NCBI GenBank assembly: GCA_051294375.1
Contig: CM119264.1
Coordinates: forward strand, 31,190,135 to 31,254,134
Origin: Paraspadella gotoi
Lineage: Eukaryota; Animalia; Chaetognatha
Reading direction: 5' to 3'
Length of the DNA stretch: 64,000 bases
The notes below the pieces were generated by a model, which saw nothing but the letters and a program-made list of their open reading frames with translations, made no database searches and had not been told where the DNA came from. Position 1 is the stretch's first letter. Each line of letters starts with the position of its first letter. This document shows positions 46,468-61,100 of this stretch, in pieces. The translations under genes and the position numbers were made by a program.

Positions 46468-49400
46468 CTCTTCAATATCTCTCTTTTTCAAATACCTTCA
46501 CACAGAAAAATAGATATTTTTTTTATCTGAGCAAAAAGATTTTAATTTATCTTGATCTTGAAATGAAAGTGATCATAACAACCAGACCTCTAGACAACTT
46601 GACGACGACGAACGACAGACGTGCCGACGAGACACGACGACGACGACGACCGTGGCCACTGACTTGCTATTCATTTTTATTCTAAGCTGTTTTATAAACA
46701 ATTTGAACTTTATACATAATTTTGCCTTCTGTCTTAATTTAAAAAGATTACTTAGCTCAAAAAAATTACAATTCATTTCAAACATTAACTATGCTATTAT
46801 TTAGTTCAAATATCTGTGCTCCTCTTCCCGAAATTAATAAATAACAAAACCTAAATTGATTATTTTGTAATTTAATGCGGAAATTAGTGAGGCTGAGGAC
46901 ATAAGTCAAAATAATGTGGCGGGGACATTAAATATATGGAGAAACAAATAAAAAAGTGTCGACAATTCATTGATATCATTTAATTAGTATTCATCAGTGT
47001 TTCAGGCTATAGAAATTAGTGTGAAAATAAGGAGAGAAGATACATAATTATTAATTAATTATTGATACTAATTTAATTTTTTTTGTTCGGATGATTTAAA
47101 AAAAAAAAAATACAAATAACAAATTGGATCTTTTCATGATTTCCGTTTTAATTAATGGAATTTACATGAATCTTCCCTGTAATTTAAGATGGTCATGTGA
47201 CCATTTCTCTGATCGGACAACTCCGATCGCCCCCCCCCAAACTGCCAGGCCATTTTCCTTCCTCAAAAAGCCCTCAGTTCCCTCATGTTCCCAACCGGCT
47301 CGACCCTCGCCCTCCGGGCACGCCCCTCTTGATCACGTGGGGGATCCGCTTGGGCACCATCGCTGATGCAATCTATGATGGGCAGACGGACGCGCAAAGG
47401 GTGCAACCGGTGCAATCCGATGTCACTTTTGAAGATGCGTTTTGGCGTCGAATTCTATGCTTGGTATCCAGAGTCGTTGCAGGTCATTAGCATTTGCCGC
47501 AATTGATACACATCTCTTCGTCGATGAGAGCAACCTTTGGAGGGGGGGTTGCGGCATGGATGTGGGGGGCGAACTTGACGGCAAAAGGAGAGTTAGCGGA
47601 GTAATCGGAAACGATGGGTGGGTGCCACAAATTTGGGAGAGTTACGGCAAGTTGGAGCGGCGGAGGTAGTATAGACGTATTAATTAGATTATTTAATTAA
47701 TTTAGTTAATTAATAATTAGCGTGATTAACAGAACTAATCAACGAATGAACGGATTCAGCAACGAACGAACGAACGATACGAACGAACTAAGAAACGAAT
47801 TAAAGAAAGAAGAAAAAAAAGGAAAAGACCCGATGATGACCGACTTTGTCCACCGAAACAAATTCAACCTTCTGTGTTGTTGTCCAACTCGTTGTAAGTT
47901 CCAATCAATGGAACCGCGGGCGCCAATGACATCTGACAGGCGTGGAATCGGTTTGGATGGAGCAGATGGTGGAGATGGGGTCTGGATGAAAAGCTGGGGG
48001 AGAAAGGTCAATGAGTCCGTGAAATATGGGTCGGAGTTGTGACTCTTGATGATTTTAAAAGTTAATTTAATTAAGAGTCTTGATAGAGTATATTATTTTT
48101 TTTTTTCCATTGCAAGATGAATGACTTTTATCGTATACGTAACTGAGAACCAATTCTGTATACTAGATAAAAAAAATAATAAAATTTGCACTAATTAATA
48201 ATTTCATTGATAATTTATGATTAAATAATTCTAAAAAGGTTTTATTATTTCATCTGGTATGCAAACACCGAATGAATTCTTAGCTATTATTAGATTCACA
48301 TTCAAAGGGTTTGTTACTCATACTTGATTCAAGCCCTTAATGTCTTCTTGTGTCTTAATCTTCATTTGATCCATCAATCAAATCAATCTATGTATATCAT
48401 TTCAGCCAGTTAATCTTAATTAAGAAATTCTAAATTAAGCAAAGTAATTTGGATAATTTTTAGGGAATTTAATCACGATGAAGATTAAACTATTAAAGAT
48501 AAAATGTATTAGGATAATAAGTAATTTAATTGCGAAGGCACGATTTAAAATAAAGTTGTAGCAATGAAAATGATTCACAATATAACCTGTCGCAAAGTCA
48601 AGGGCAAGTATAACTTTTATTTATTAAAATAATATTTTTAATATCGTTTTACCAATTTTATAATTGATTTAATTATCGCCTGACTTCCATTGGGTCATTT
48701 TTCTGTTTTTGAAGTCTATGAGTGAAGAAGACAAAATTATGTGTGAGGAAAGTTTTTATAAATGTTTTCATCGCCATCTCACTTTGTTCCTCTTTCCCTC
48801 AAATCTCTCCTTTAATTTCCTCTCTCTTCTCTCTTCGAACCTCCCCTCACCCTTATTCTCTCCCTCTCTCCCTCTTCTCGTCTGCTTCTTCTTCTTGCCC
48901 TTTCTCTACTCTCTCCTCTTCCCTTCCCCTCTCCCTCATTCTCCTCTCTCTCTCCCCCTCTTCCTCATCCCTCTCGCCCATACTCCCTCTTCCCCGATCC
49001 CCCTCTCCCTTCCCCCTTCCCTCTCTCCCTCCCCTCCTCCCTCTTTTTCTCTCACCTTCTCCTCCACCTCACACCTCTCCTATACTCTGCGCACGATCCT
49101 CTTCTCTCCTTGGCGGAACGGTCCGAGAATGCGGCACAGACTTCTCCCATCAACCCTCGATGTCTGCCTACAGTTCCCAGCTGATGTCGAGGTGTGGTGG
49201 ACTTTGTCCATCCCAGTTTTCGAGGAGAAGAGATGGACTTGAATGTAGAGAAGAGGTTTTGAACGCTGACTGGGTTGTAGAAAAGGGGGAGTTTGGACTG
49301 ATGTAGAGAGGAGTCTTGAGACCTGATGCGGTTGTAGAAAGAGGGGGTTGGACTGATGTAGAGAGGAGTCTTGGACGTGATGGGGTTGTAGAAAGGGAGG

Positions 49401-52400
49401 ATTTGACTGATTTAGAGAAGGGTTTTGAGACCGATTAGGGTTGGAAGAAAAGGAGGTCTTGGACACCTTGATGTAGGGAGAATCGAGGAAAAACACATTG
49501 TCGTCCCGCAGCACAACATCAGGTCAACCTGTGATGAGTCTTCAATGACATGTGAAGTCTTTGATTTTGCACAGAGGAACAGCATTGAAGAGACGATGCG
49601 CCGCTGTAGAGAAATTGCATTCCCTTCTCGCGGAATCGATTCCACCTGAAAGAGTGAGAGAGACGGTGAAGTGAATATAGATGGAAAGATGATTACAGAT
49701 TGGAGAAAAAAATGGTTGGGACAGTTGACTGCAGATGATGCGATTAACATTATGAAAATAGTTAAAGGGAAAGAATGATGATTATTCTATAAAATTATAA
49801 ATTTTATTCTATAAATATTCTCAGTTTCTGATATTTTCCTGTTCTCATGAATCGACCATTTTTCGCTCTCGTTCTTTTTTAAAATCTGTTCTGTCCTTTT
49901 AAAATCTCTTTTTAAATTCTCTTTTAACTCTCAATCTGTCTTTTAAATCTATTTTTAAATCTTCTTTAACTCTCATCTGTCCCTTTTAAATCTCTATTTT
50001 AACTCTCATCTGCCGTTTAAATCTATTTTAAATTCCTTTTAACCTCATCTGTCCTTTTAAATCTCTTCCCCTTTCAAAACAGCACGTGGCCAATGGGAAA
50101 TCCGGCAAAGCCTTTGCGAATCGCCGACACTGCCTTCAGCGCTATCGGTCGAGATCGCGTTTGCCTGAGACGCCGCCTAGGTCTCCTTCCCTTCGTAGCC
50201 CACCGCCGGCCACAACCACCATGCGTTCATTCTGCGGGTGTTAATTTTAGAAGTTTAATAATTAATATTACAAACGCTGGAGAAGAGTTCAAAGTAATAT
50301 TAAGGACTATATAATTAAAGAAGATTAATAACCGGCAATAAGCCCTATAACGTTACTCATTAAAATATTATACAATATCAGAAATCTTGAATAATAATTA
50401 TGTTTTAATTTTGAGGCTATATATATACTCCTTCATATGAAATAATGTTTTTAATGTTTATATTTATTCCCACAAAATTGAAATAATTCATTAATTATAG
50501 TATTAATTACAAACTATAGTAATTAAGTTAAATCATATAGCTTTCAATTTACCATAATGAATTTCAAAATCTCCGTATGGATCAATCTGAAATCTAGAAA
50601 AAATGTTTGAAATTACTTGGGTAACTAGAAATATGGCTACGCAAAAGAAATTTTAATCTTATACATAAGTCAAATATATATGGTGTCGCTTACTTAGTTA
50701 TAAGTAACAATACTCGCTTATGTTTGATTTATCATTGATCTGGTCTTTCAACGTGACGAACGCAAACTACAATGCATTTTATGCCATAATTTAATAACGG
50801 CCCAGTCTATACGTTTCGGCCAGATAAAAAGGTCACTTCCTCTACTAATTCGTTTCCGCATGATGCTCTTATTGCAATCGCACAAACTCGGTCCTAACGA
50901 GAATCACTCATGATAATCACCTCAGAATACATTCATACTTTAATACTAATCCACATTGATGATCATTCTCCCATGTTCGGCCACAAAAATTGGATCATTT
51001 GTCTTGATACTGAGCCCCATGAGACGGAGACTGTGTTCGTTCGCCGCTGGAACATTCCGTCCGCCCCGCCCCTTTGCCGCGAGGCGATGTCACGATGTGT
51101 GCACAATTCGGGTTCATTTTGGGGAGAAAGAATCTTGCCACTGCGGCTCTGACCCCAACCGGAATGTTGTATGACAAGCTCGGGGATTTCTGGAGGAAAC
51201 TTGGTTGGTTAGAATTCGGTCACAAAAGAGAGAGAATGTAATAATAAATAAAATTAAATTGAAAAAGTAAATAAAATTTAAGTAAAATAAATAAAAAAAA
51301 TTTAATTGTAAATAAAATAAAACAAATAAAATTGTAAAAAAAAAGATGTAAATCAATTCATTCTCTCATCATCGCAGTTGATCATAGAAATTTATAAAAA
51401 ATAATTATATTTCAGAACCATATTGCTTATAATTTACAGAATTTGGATTAAAGACAAATTTAGAATTTTTACTACGATTTTGCGCATCAGTTAAAGTTTT
51501 AACTACAAATCACATCACTTATAATATCACTACAGTCAGGGGATAAATGTACTACTAGCTTTAGCAACGTATGCATCAGCTGTCCGCAGGCCAACCCATC
51601 CCTCGCTCTTCATCCGTGAGGAGGAAGGTGAGCTCCAGCGCGTCGCTCCAGCAGCTTGGAGGTCGACTAACAATTTTTCGTCCAATACAGTTGTTCGTCG
51701 AGCTAGCCGCAACGGATGAATGAGCGATAGACGATTCGCTCAGGGAAGGAAGATTTTCAGTTCGAGTGATGACCTGATGGGGGGGAAGGGGGAAAGAGGA
51801 GGGGCGAGACGTAGAGGGAGGGGAGAGAAGGAGGAGAGGGGAGAGAGAGGAGGAGAGGGAGGGAGAGAGGAGGGAGCAGGAAGAGAAAGGCGGACAGGAG
51901 GAGAGCGGGAGGAGGGGCGAGAGAGGGAGTGTTAAAGTTTAAAGAATATTTAACATCAGATTTTTCTTAGTGTATTATTATTTTAATCTTAATTTACAAT
52001 TAAAAAAATCAATTTATGGCAAAAAGAATGATAAAGAAAAATTGAATAATTTGGACAAAAATTATTTGCTGAAAATGCAAATAAGATTTATTAAAAGCAC
52101 CAAATGCGCAATGATGAACAAGACCCCAGGTAACTTTAAATCTTTTGATCTTTTGATCTTTTGATCTTTCTGCATATTTTGATCTTTTTGATCTTGATCT
52201 TTTACATATTTACGAAATCAATAAACGTCAACTTGTGTGTGAGAACATTCGAACGGTATACGCAAATTTCAAATATCATGACTGTAATCGGTCAACTATA
52301 ACATAAACATCGCTTATACAGACATGAATTAAAGAATTGAGAACTCAAGCACATGACGCTACACACCGACCTCGGCAGCCAATACCTGCTTCTCTCACTG

Positions 52401-55400
52401 CTGATTGAAGTTGATGTATCAGAAAAGGCCTCCTTGTCCAGGACCGAAAGAATGGCCATGCTGTTGTGGCTCTGGACGATCCTTGAATATAAATCAACTG
52501 GTTTTTATCTCCGGTCTCTCATCTTCTCTCTCCCTCTCTCTCTTCTCTCTCTCATCTCCTCTCCCTTCTCTCTCTCTTCTCTCACGTTCTCTCTCTTCTC
52601 TCTCAGTGCATAATCCTCTTTTCTCTCTCTCGTCGTCTCTCTCCTCACCTCCCTCTCCACGTTCTGTCTCTCTCTCTCAATCTCCCTCTCATCTCATCTC
52701 TCATCTCACCTCTCTCGTCGATTTCCTCTCACTCTTCTCTCCTCTCTCTTCCCTGCTCATCATCTTCTCTGCGTCCCTCTCGTCTCTCTACTACGGCCTC
52801 TTCTCTCTCTTCTCTCTCTGTCCTCTCTCTTCTCTCTGTCTTTCTCTCTCTCTCTGTCTCTCCTCTCATCTGCTCTGTCTCTCTCCATTCCTCTCTTGCT
52901 CTCTCTCGTTCGTCTCTATCCCGTCAACCTCTCTCTCGTCTCTCCTCTACTTGCTCTCTCTCTCGTCAATCTACTCTTCTCTCTCCCGCACAGGGAAGTA
53001 CGTACGGTACACATATAGGTCGACGCGAAGTCTTTAGTCCAGTACTGAAATAACGTCTTCTCGTCACGCACAAAGCCAGCACAACCAAGACCTCGAAGGC
53101 CTCGCGCTCATCAGTGTGGCCGGAACGTGCGGGTGGCGGGGCCGTAGGCGTAGCCCGAATGTTAGGGGAATTTGAGTGCCAATGCAGGAAAGGAGACAGA
53201 GATATGCGACTGACATTGAGAGAGAGGAAGGGGAGGGAAACGGAGACGAGGGAGGGGGGGAGAGAGAGGGAGAGAGAGAGGAAGGGACGCGAGGGAGAGA
53301 GCGGAGAGGGAGGCGAGGGAGAGAGGAGGAGGGAGAGGGAGGGAGAGAGTTGTTATTTTGTTGCCGTAAAGCCATTGAATAAATTCGAAAGATTACCTTC
53401 TCTCGTCTCTCTGTCTCTTCTTCCTGTTTCCTGTCTCTCTCTCATCTCTCTCGGTCTCTCTCGTCACCACGCCATATCGATAGCGTATTAAAAGAGCGGC
53501 AACTTTCGCCTCTCTTCAACAAAGACGTCCAATAAAGATTCGCTGCAGATGGCGTGGTTCTCCAAGGGCCGTCTTTCCGTCGTTCTGACCCGATCGACGG
53601 TCGTTTGGGGCGACACCGGGCGACGTCGCAGCCAGCGAAGACCCTGGGGGTCGAATGTGGACATGGTCCCGCGGGGTCACTTCGTGGGGGAGACCCAGTG
53701 GTTTAGGGTCTAAGGGTGAGGCAGGTGGCCGCGCCGCATATTGGTGAGAAGACGAGGGTAGTCGGTAGGTGGCAGAGGAGAGGGATAGTCGAAGAGAGAG
53801 ATGTAATTAGTAAGATTTAAATGTTGGTAATGGAGTGTTCTAGATTCTTGTTAGATGAAATTGGTACAATCATCATTCAATGCGCATGTTAAATATTGAT
53901 ATGTGAAGTGAATGAGACGAACTGATCCCATATCATACTTACTATGTGTGCCTTTCTGTGCGACACATTCGCAGAGAGAGAGGCGCCATGCAGTAGTGGT
54001 TTCACATCCAGCATATGCTCCGATTCGATTCCAGTATAATCAGGTCATCCAGATCAATTACCTTCCATCCATTCCATCTAGCCATCCATCCTGTCCACCA
54101 CCTCATTCATCCATCCACCTGTCATGCCATCCATTCCATACCCTACTTCACTCCCTCAATCTCTCAGTGCAGATCCAAAGGCAGAACATGACGAAATTCG
54201 TCTGAGTCTAGACGATTCTGATCTTCGGTCTTCATCCATGTCACGGACAGATTTCCTTTTGTTGCCTGTGCGAGCGAATTTCTCATCGCACGATGGGAAA
54301 CCGCCGTATTGGTGGATACCGTGGGTGATCTAATTAAATATCCAAGGGTGGTCACTCGTACCCTGGTGACGACGCTTGAGGTGATAAACCGATCTAAGAC
54401 GTGTTAGTGATAGCGCACCTGGGGAGAGATGGTTATAAGGTAATCACCTGTGTCGAATTAAAGTCATCCTAAAGCTTTAGGATATCACCATTGGTAGAGA
54501 CTAATGAGATCAAACGCTGTTGGGTGGATCACTGGCGTGAATTTAAAGGGATATGATGTTGTTGGTTTACGAGTTAATCGGCGTTACGTAGAGAATATGG
54601 AGGTGAGGAACAACGTCGAAGATATGTGTTTGGTCCGGATCACTAATCAAAGATGTGTCACTGAATCAATTGGGTATGCTTGTACTCCATATGTGTAAAC
54701 GTCAGGTGAAACGATTGGCGATTATCTAATCCTCATCTGCATGCCTAATTTGTTGCGACTGTCACACGCCGCCAGATGGAGATGCGTAGAGGTACAAAGC
54801 CTAGTGAATTCATGTGATTGTTTATGCGCTCGTCCGCCAGTAGATTATCAAGGGTCCATAAGGTTATTGGCATCATTCGCGATTATACCTTTTCTGCACA
54901 TGGCATCTTTGCACTCATCGTTTGCTCGGGGACAGAAATGGCATAGAACTCAGCACTGTTTTACCTCCTTTGCCAGATTCCATCGTCTTCTGGCAATTCC
55001 TTTGGTCCACGATATGGTGCGTGGACGAATCGGCTGCGAATTATACTGTGAATCCGTTTGCGAAAGTGAGCGAACGAAGACTCGTTTGGCAGCCGCTATA
55101 AACGCAGTGAGCGTGAGGTGGCGCAGCTCGCGAACCGCGCGGTGTCCCGGAGCGCGAGGACATGGATCGACGCTGGGCCCTGAGGATGGCACATTCATCG
55201 ATCATCATCATCATCATTCATAGACTTAAGTCATCATATCATCATCAACTCGATTCATCATGCCTCTCGATCTTTCTACGTCTCGCTCTGCTCTTCTCTC
55301 GTCTCTCTCTCTCTCTCATTCTCCTCTCGTCCTCTTCTCTCTTCCTCTTCTCGCGGCTGCATGTGTCGGCATATCTTCCCGTCTCTCCCTGCAGACACAT

Positions 55401-56704
55401 CAGGTGGAGCGGCCGCCACTTTGAGGGCAGGAAATCCTTGGAGTGAAATGAATCTCCGTCGGCCGGCCGACAAAACTCCTCGCATATTCCGTCGGCTCGA
55501 TGTCGCGGTTTCGGGCTAGAGCCTGGACGACCGAGACGACAGACCGCCTTCGTGGCCGTGAGGAAACAGGAGAGAAGAAGTATTGTCACTAATGCGGAGG
55601 TTGATAGATGAGCTGAGACCGTTGTGGAAACGCGAGACGGCCGCGGTCCTGTAGGAGGAACGAGGGGGGAGAGGAGAGAGGAGAGATGAGATGTGAGAGA
55701 GATGAGGAGAGAGAGAGTAGAGAGAGAGAGATGAGATAGGAGAAAGATAAAGAGAAATGAGTAGAGATGATGAAGTGAGTAGGGAAGAAGAAGGGAGACG
55801 GTTCAACAAAGGAAAGAGAACTCGAAAATGAGACCAAGATGTCTAAAACATGAATTGACGAAACCAAATTTATATATTTATTGTTGTTAATATATTTAGA
55901 GCCATGTCAGTCAAATGTATAGCAAGGCGACATAGGAAGACAATAATAGATAATAAATAAGGTAAGGATGCCGATGTAAGAAGTAAAAACAAAACGAAAT
56001 CGACGATCTAGCAAAAAAATCGGAGACGCAAAACCCCAACGAAGAATGAGCCGACTAATTGTTACCGAGAATCAATACATGACGTGACCTTCATTAATCT
56101 GGACCACCAAATTATTCCAACAATGTGACTGAGCCTTCATTAATGCTGACCAGGCCAAATTTCGCGCCGCACATATCGTTGACTGGTACTTCATTAATCT
56201 TGACCAGACAAATATCGGGCCCGACCAATGTTTGACGTGACCTTCATTAAGTCTAGACTGGACAAATATCCCTGAAATCTTGACTGACGTTCATCTGAAT
56301 CTGACCGCGACAAAATATTCCAACGAATTCTGACTGACTTGCATTCAATCTGACCGACAAATTTCCAATAAATCTTGATTGACGCTTGAATTAACTCTGA
56401 CGCGACAAATATTCCGACATGTTGTCTGACCCTTCATTAACTCTGACTGTACAAATATAATATTCTGACAATCTTGATGAAACTAGCATTATTCAGACTG
56501 TATCAAATATTTCTGACGAATTCTGGCACTGACCTTTCATTTTAATCAGCCAACAAATATTTCCCGACATATGTTGACTGACGCTTGCATTAATCTGACT
56601 GACAATATTTCCTTGATAATGCTTGACTGTGATCCTTTCATTTAATCAGACGACAGATATTTCTTTGACAAGTCTTGACTGTGATCCTTTGATTATTCGT
56701 GACT
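45830..56704 (-). other. DPYD: Error-rich copy of the DPYD locus, probable raw long-read false duplication
   Basis: Colinear with 56730-64000 from the same (GA)n start. Indels are spread evenly over exons and introns and increase toward 56704. Garbled upstream exons are still visible (FHSKDFLP ~55440, GAGDTA..ATSAL..AKRVF ~55100, GLKFPN..GLASAP ~53170). Ends at an N gap. Confidence 0.8.
56075..56704. repeat. ~38-bp minisatellite degraded by sequencing noise
   Basis: Repeated tgactgaccttcattaatctgaccgacaaatattcc. Confidence 0.75.
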
Positions 56705-56729
56705 NNNNNNNNNNNNNNNNNNNNNNNNN

Positions 56730-56767
<38 letters not shown>

Positions 56768-57224
56768 CAATAGTCAATGTGTCTCAGTGACCCCCTGTTG
56801 GTAAATCCCACGTCGCCACAATGTAAGATCTACGTTCATGCATTCATTATTTAAAATAATTATTAATTAATCTTGAAAATATTTATTAAAACGAAGAAAC
56901 TGGCGACGCCTATGAACGCATAAAAAACAATAAAAACAAAACAGAAAAACAAGAATGTTGTTTACTTTAGCCTCGTTTTCATTTTTTTCGCTCGACCTAC
57001 ATTTTTTTTCAACATTCGAATCTTTTAAATTAAAAAAAAAAACCTAATTATAAAAACTCACTTGAAAAAAAAAAAAACAACGACGACGACGACCAAAAAT
57101 AAATAAATAAAAAAAGAGCAACAGCTGCTTTGCGTCCAGTAACTTGGATCGAGCCATGTTTAAACCTTCAGCATCAAAATAATTCTCAGTATTCTCTCTC
57201 TCTCTCTCTCTTTCTCTATCTCTC

Positions 57225-57274
<50 letters not shown>

Positions 57275-57317
57275 ATCTCTCTTCTCTCTTTATCTTCTCT
57301 CTCTCTCTCAACTATCT

Positions 57318-57379
<62 letters not shown>

Positions 57380-58160
57380 CAAATACCTTCACACGAAAAA
57401 AAGATATTTTTTTTATCTGAGCAAAAAGAATTTTAATTTTATCTTTGATCTTGAAATGAAAGTGATCATAACAAACAGACATCTAGACAACTTGACGACG
57501 ACGACGACGACGCCGACGACGACGACGACGACGACGACCGTGGCCACTGAGTTGCTATTCTATTTTTATTCTAAGCTGTTTTATAAACAATTTGAACTTT
57601 ATACATAATTTTGCCTTCTGTCTTAATTTAAAAAGATTACTTAGCTCAAAAAATTACAATTCATTTCAAACATTAACTATGCTATTATTTAGTTCAAATA
57701 TCTGTGCTCCTCTTCCCGAAATTAATAATACAAAAAACCTAAATTGATTATTTTGTAATTTAATGCGGAAATTAGTGAGGCTGAGGACATAAGTCAAAAT
57801 AATTGCGGGGACATTAAATATATGGAGAAAACAAAATAAAAAAGTGTCGACAATTCATTGATATCATTTAATTAGTATTCATCAGTGTTTCAGGCTATAG
57901 AAATTAGTTGAAAATAAGGAGAGAAGATACATAATTATTAATTAATGTAATGATTACTAATTTAATTTTTTTTTGTTCGGATGATTAAAAAAAAAAAAAT
58001 ACAAATACACAAATTGGATCATTTTTCATGATTTCCGTTTTAATTAATGGAATTTACATGATTCTTCCCTGTAATTTAAGATGGGTCATGTGACCATTTC
58101 TCTGATCGGACAACTCCCGATCGCCCCCCCCCAAATCTGCCAGGCCATTTTCCATCTCCC

Positions 58161-61100
58161 TCAAAAAGCCCTCAGTTCCCTCATGTTCCCAACCGGCTCG
58201 ACCCTCGGCCCTCCGGGCACGCCCCTCTTGATCACGTGGGGGATCCGCTTGGGCACCATGCTGATGCAATCTATGATGGGGCAGACGGACGCGCAAAGGG
58301 TGCAACCGGTGCAATCCGATGTCACTTTTGGAAGATGCGTTTTGGCGTCGAATTCTATGGCTTGGTATCCAGAGTCGTTGCAGGTCATGTAGCATTTGCC
58401 GCAATTGATACACATCTCTTCGTCGATGAGAGCAACCTTTGGGAGGGGGGGTTGCGGAGGATGTGGGGGGTTGGAGCCACAGGTAGGGGGTAGCGGAAAG
58501 ATGGGGGGGGCATTTAGAAAAAACTAAATTTTGGGCGAGTAGTTAGGGCAAGTTTGGAGGCGGGGGGAGTAGTCAACTATACGGTAGTTAAAATATAATA
58601 CTATTTAATTAATTAGTTAATTAATTAATTAACGTATTATAACAGACTAATCAACGAATGAACGGATTCAGCAACGAACGAACGAACGAACGAACTAAGA
58701 AACGAATTAAAGAAAGAAGAAAAAAAAGGAAACGACCGACTGACCGACTTTTCCACTCCGAAACAAATTCAACCTTCTGTTGTTTGTTGTCCAACTCGTT
58801 GTAAGTTCCAATCAATGGAACCGCGGCGCCAATGACATCTGACAGGCGTGGAATCGGTTTGGATGGAGCAGATGGTGGAGATGGGGTCTGGATGGAAAGC
58901 TGGGGAGAAAGGTCAATGAGTCCGTGAAATATGGGTCGGAGTTGTGACTCTTGATGATTTTAAAAGTTAATTTAATTAAGAGTCTTGATTTAGATATTAT
59001 GTTTTTTCCATTGCAAGATGAATGACTTTTATGTAATACGTAACTGAGAACCAATTCTGTATACTAGATAAAAAAAATAATAAAAATTTGCATAATTAAT
59101 AATTTATTCATTGATAATTTATTGATTAAATAATTCTAAAAGGTTTTATTATTTTTCATCTGGTATGCAAACACCGAATGAATTCTTAGCTATTATTAGA
59201 TTCACATTCAAAGGGTTTGTTACTTCATACTTGATTCAAGCCCTTAATGTCTTTCTTTGTCTTAACTTCATTTTGATCCATCAATCAAATCAATCTATGT
59301 ATATCATTTCAGCCAGTTAATCTTAATTAAGAAATTCTAAATTAAGCAAAGTAATTTGGATAATTTTTAGGGAATTAATCACGATGAAGATTAAATATTT
59401 AAAGATAAAATGATTTAGGATATAAAGTAATTTAAGCGAAGGCACGATTTTAAAATAAAGTTTAGAATGAAATGAATTCACAATATAACCTGTGCAAAGT
59501 CAAGGGCAAGATAACTTATTTATTAAATAAATAATTTTTATATCCGTTTTACCAATTTTATAATTGGATTTAATTATCGCCTGACTTTCCATTGGGTCAT
59601 TTTTCTGTGTTTTTGAAGTCTATGAGTGAAGAAGACAAATTATGTGTGAGGAAAGTTTTTATAAATGTTTTCATCGCATCTCACTTTGTTCCTCTTTCCT
59701 CAATCTCTCCTTTAATTTCCTCTCTTCTCTCTTCCAACCTCCCCTCACCCTTATTCTCTCCCTCTCCCCCTCTTCTCTCTCTCTCTCTCCCCTTCTCCTC
59801 TCTCCCTCTTCCCTCCCCCTCTCCCTCATTCTCTCTCTCTCTCTCCCCCCTTTTCCTCTCTCCCTCTGCCCATCTCCCTCTCTCCCCATCCCCCCTCTCC
59901 CCTTCCCCCTTCCCCTCTCTCCCTCCCCCTCTCCCTCTTTTTCTCTCACCTTCTCCTCCACCTCCACCCTCTTCCTATACTCTGCCACGATCCTCTTCCT
60001 CTCCTTGGCGAACGGTCCGAAGTGCGGCAAGGACTTCTCCATCAACCCCTCGATGTCCTGCACAGGTTTCCCCAGCTGATGTCGAGGTGTTGGTGGACTT
60101 TGTCCATCCCAAGTTTCGAGAGAAGAGATGGACTTGATGTAGAGAAGGGTTTTGAGACCTGATGGGGTTGTAGAAAGGGGGGAGTTTGACTGATGTAGAG
60201 AGGAGTCTTGAGACCTGATGGGGTTGTAGAAAGGGGGGAGTTTGACTGATGTAGAGAGGAGTCTTGAGACGTGATGGGGTTGTAGAAAGGGAGGAGTTTG
60301 ACTGATTTAGAGAAGGGTTTTGAGACCAGATAGGGTTGGAGAAAAGGAGGGTCTTGACACCTGATGTAGGGAGGGAAATCGAGGAAAAACACATTGTCGT
60401 CCCCAGCAACAACATCAGGTCACCTGTGATGTAGTCTTCAATGACAGTGAAGTCTTGATTTTGCACAGAGGAACAGATTTGAAGGACGGATGCGCCGCTG
60501 TAGAGAAATTGCATTCCTGCTTCTGCGGAATCGATTCCACCTGGAAAGGAGAGAGAGACGGAAAGATGAATATAGATGGGAAAAGATGATTACAGATGGA
60601 GAAAAATGGTTTGGACAGTTGACTGCAGATGATGAGATTACATATGAAAATATTAAAGGGGAAAGATGATGGATTATTCTATAAAATTATAAATTTATTC
60701 TATAAATATTCTCAGTTTCTGAGATTTTCTGTTCCATGAATCGACCATTTCGCTCTCGTTCTTTTTAAATCTTTTCTGTCCTTTTAAATCTCTTTTTAAA
60801 TCTCTTTTTAACTCTCATCTGTCCTTTTAAATCTATTTTTAAATCTTCTTTTAACTCTCATCTGTCCTTTTAAATCTCTTTTTAACTCTCATCTGTCCTT
60901 TTAAATCTATTTTTAAATCTCCTTTTAACTCTCATCTGTCCTTTTAAATCTCTTCCCCCTTTTTCAAAACAGACCCGTGGCCAAAATGGGAAATCCCGGC
61001 AAAGCCTTTGCGATCGCCGACACTGCCTTCAGCGCTATCGGTCGAATCGCGTTGCCTGAGACGCCGCCGTAGGTCGTCCTTCCCTCGTTGCCCACCGCCG

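Noticed and set aside
53750-56070. Novel high-complexity ORFs (e.g. 54741-55223)
   Set aside because: Noise-scrambled DPYD exons and introns, with DPYD motifs still traceable on the minus strand.
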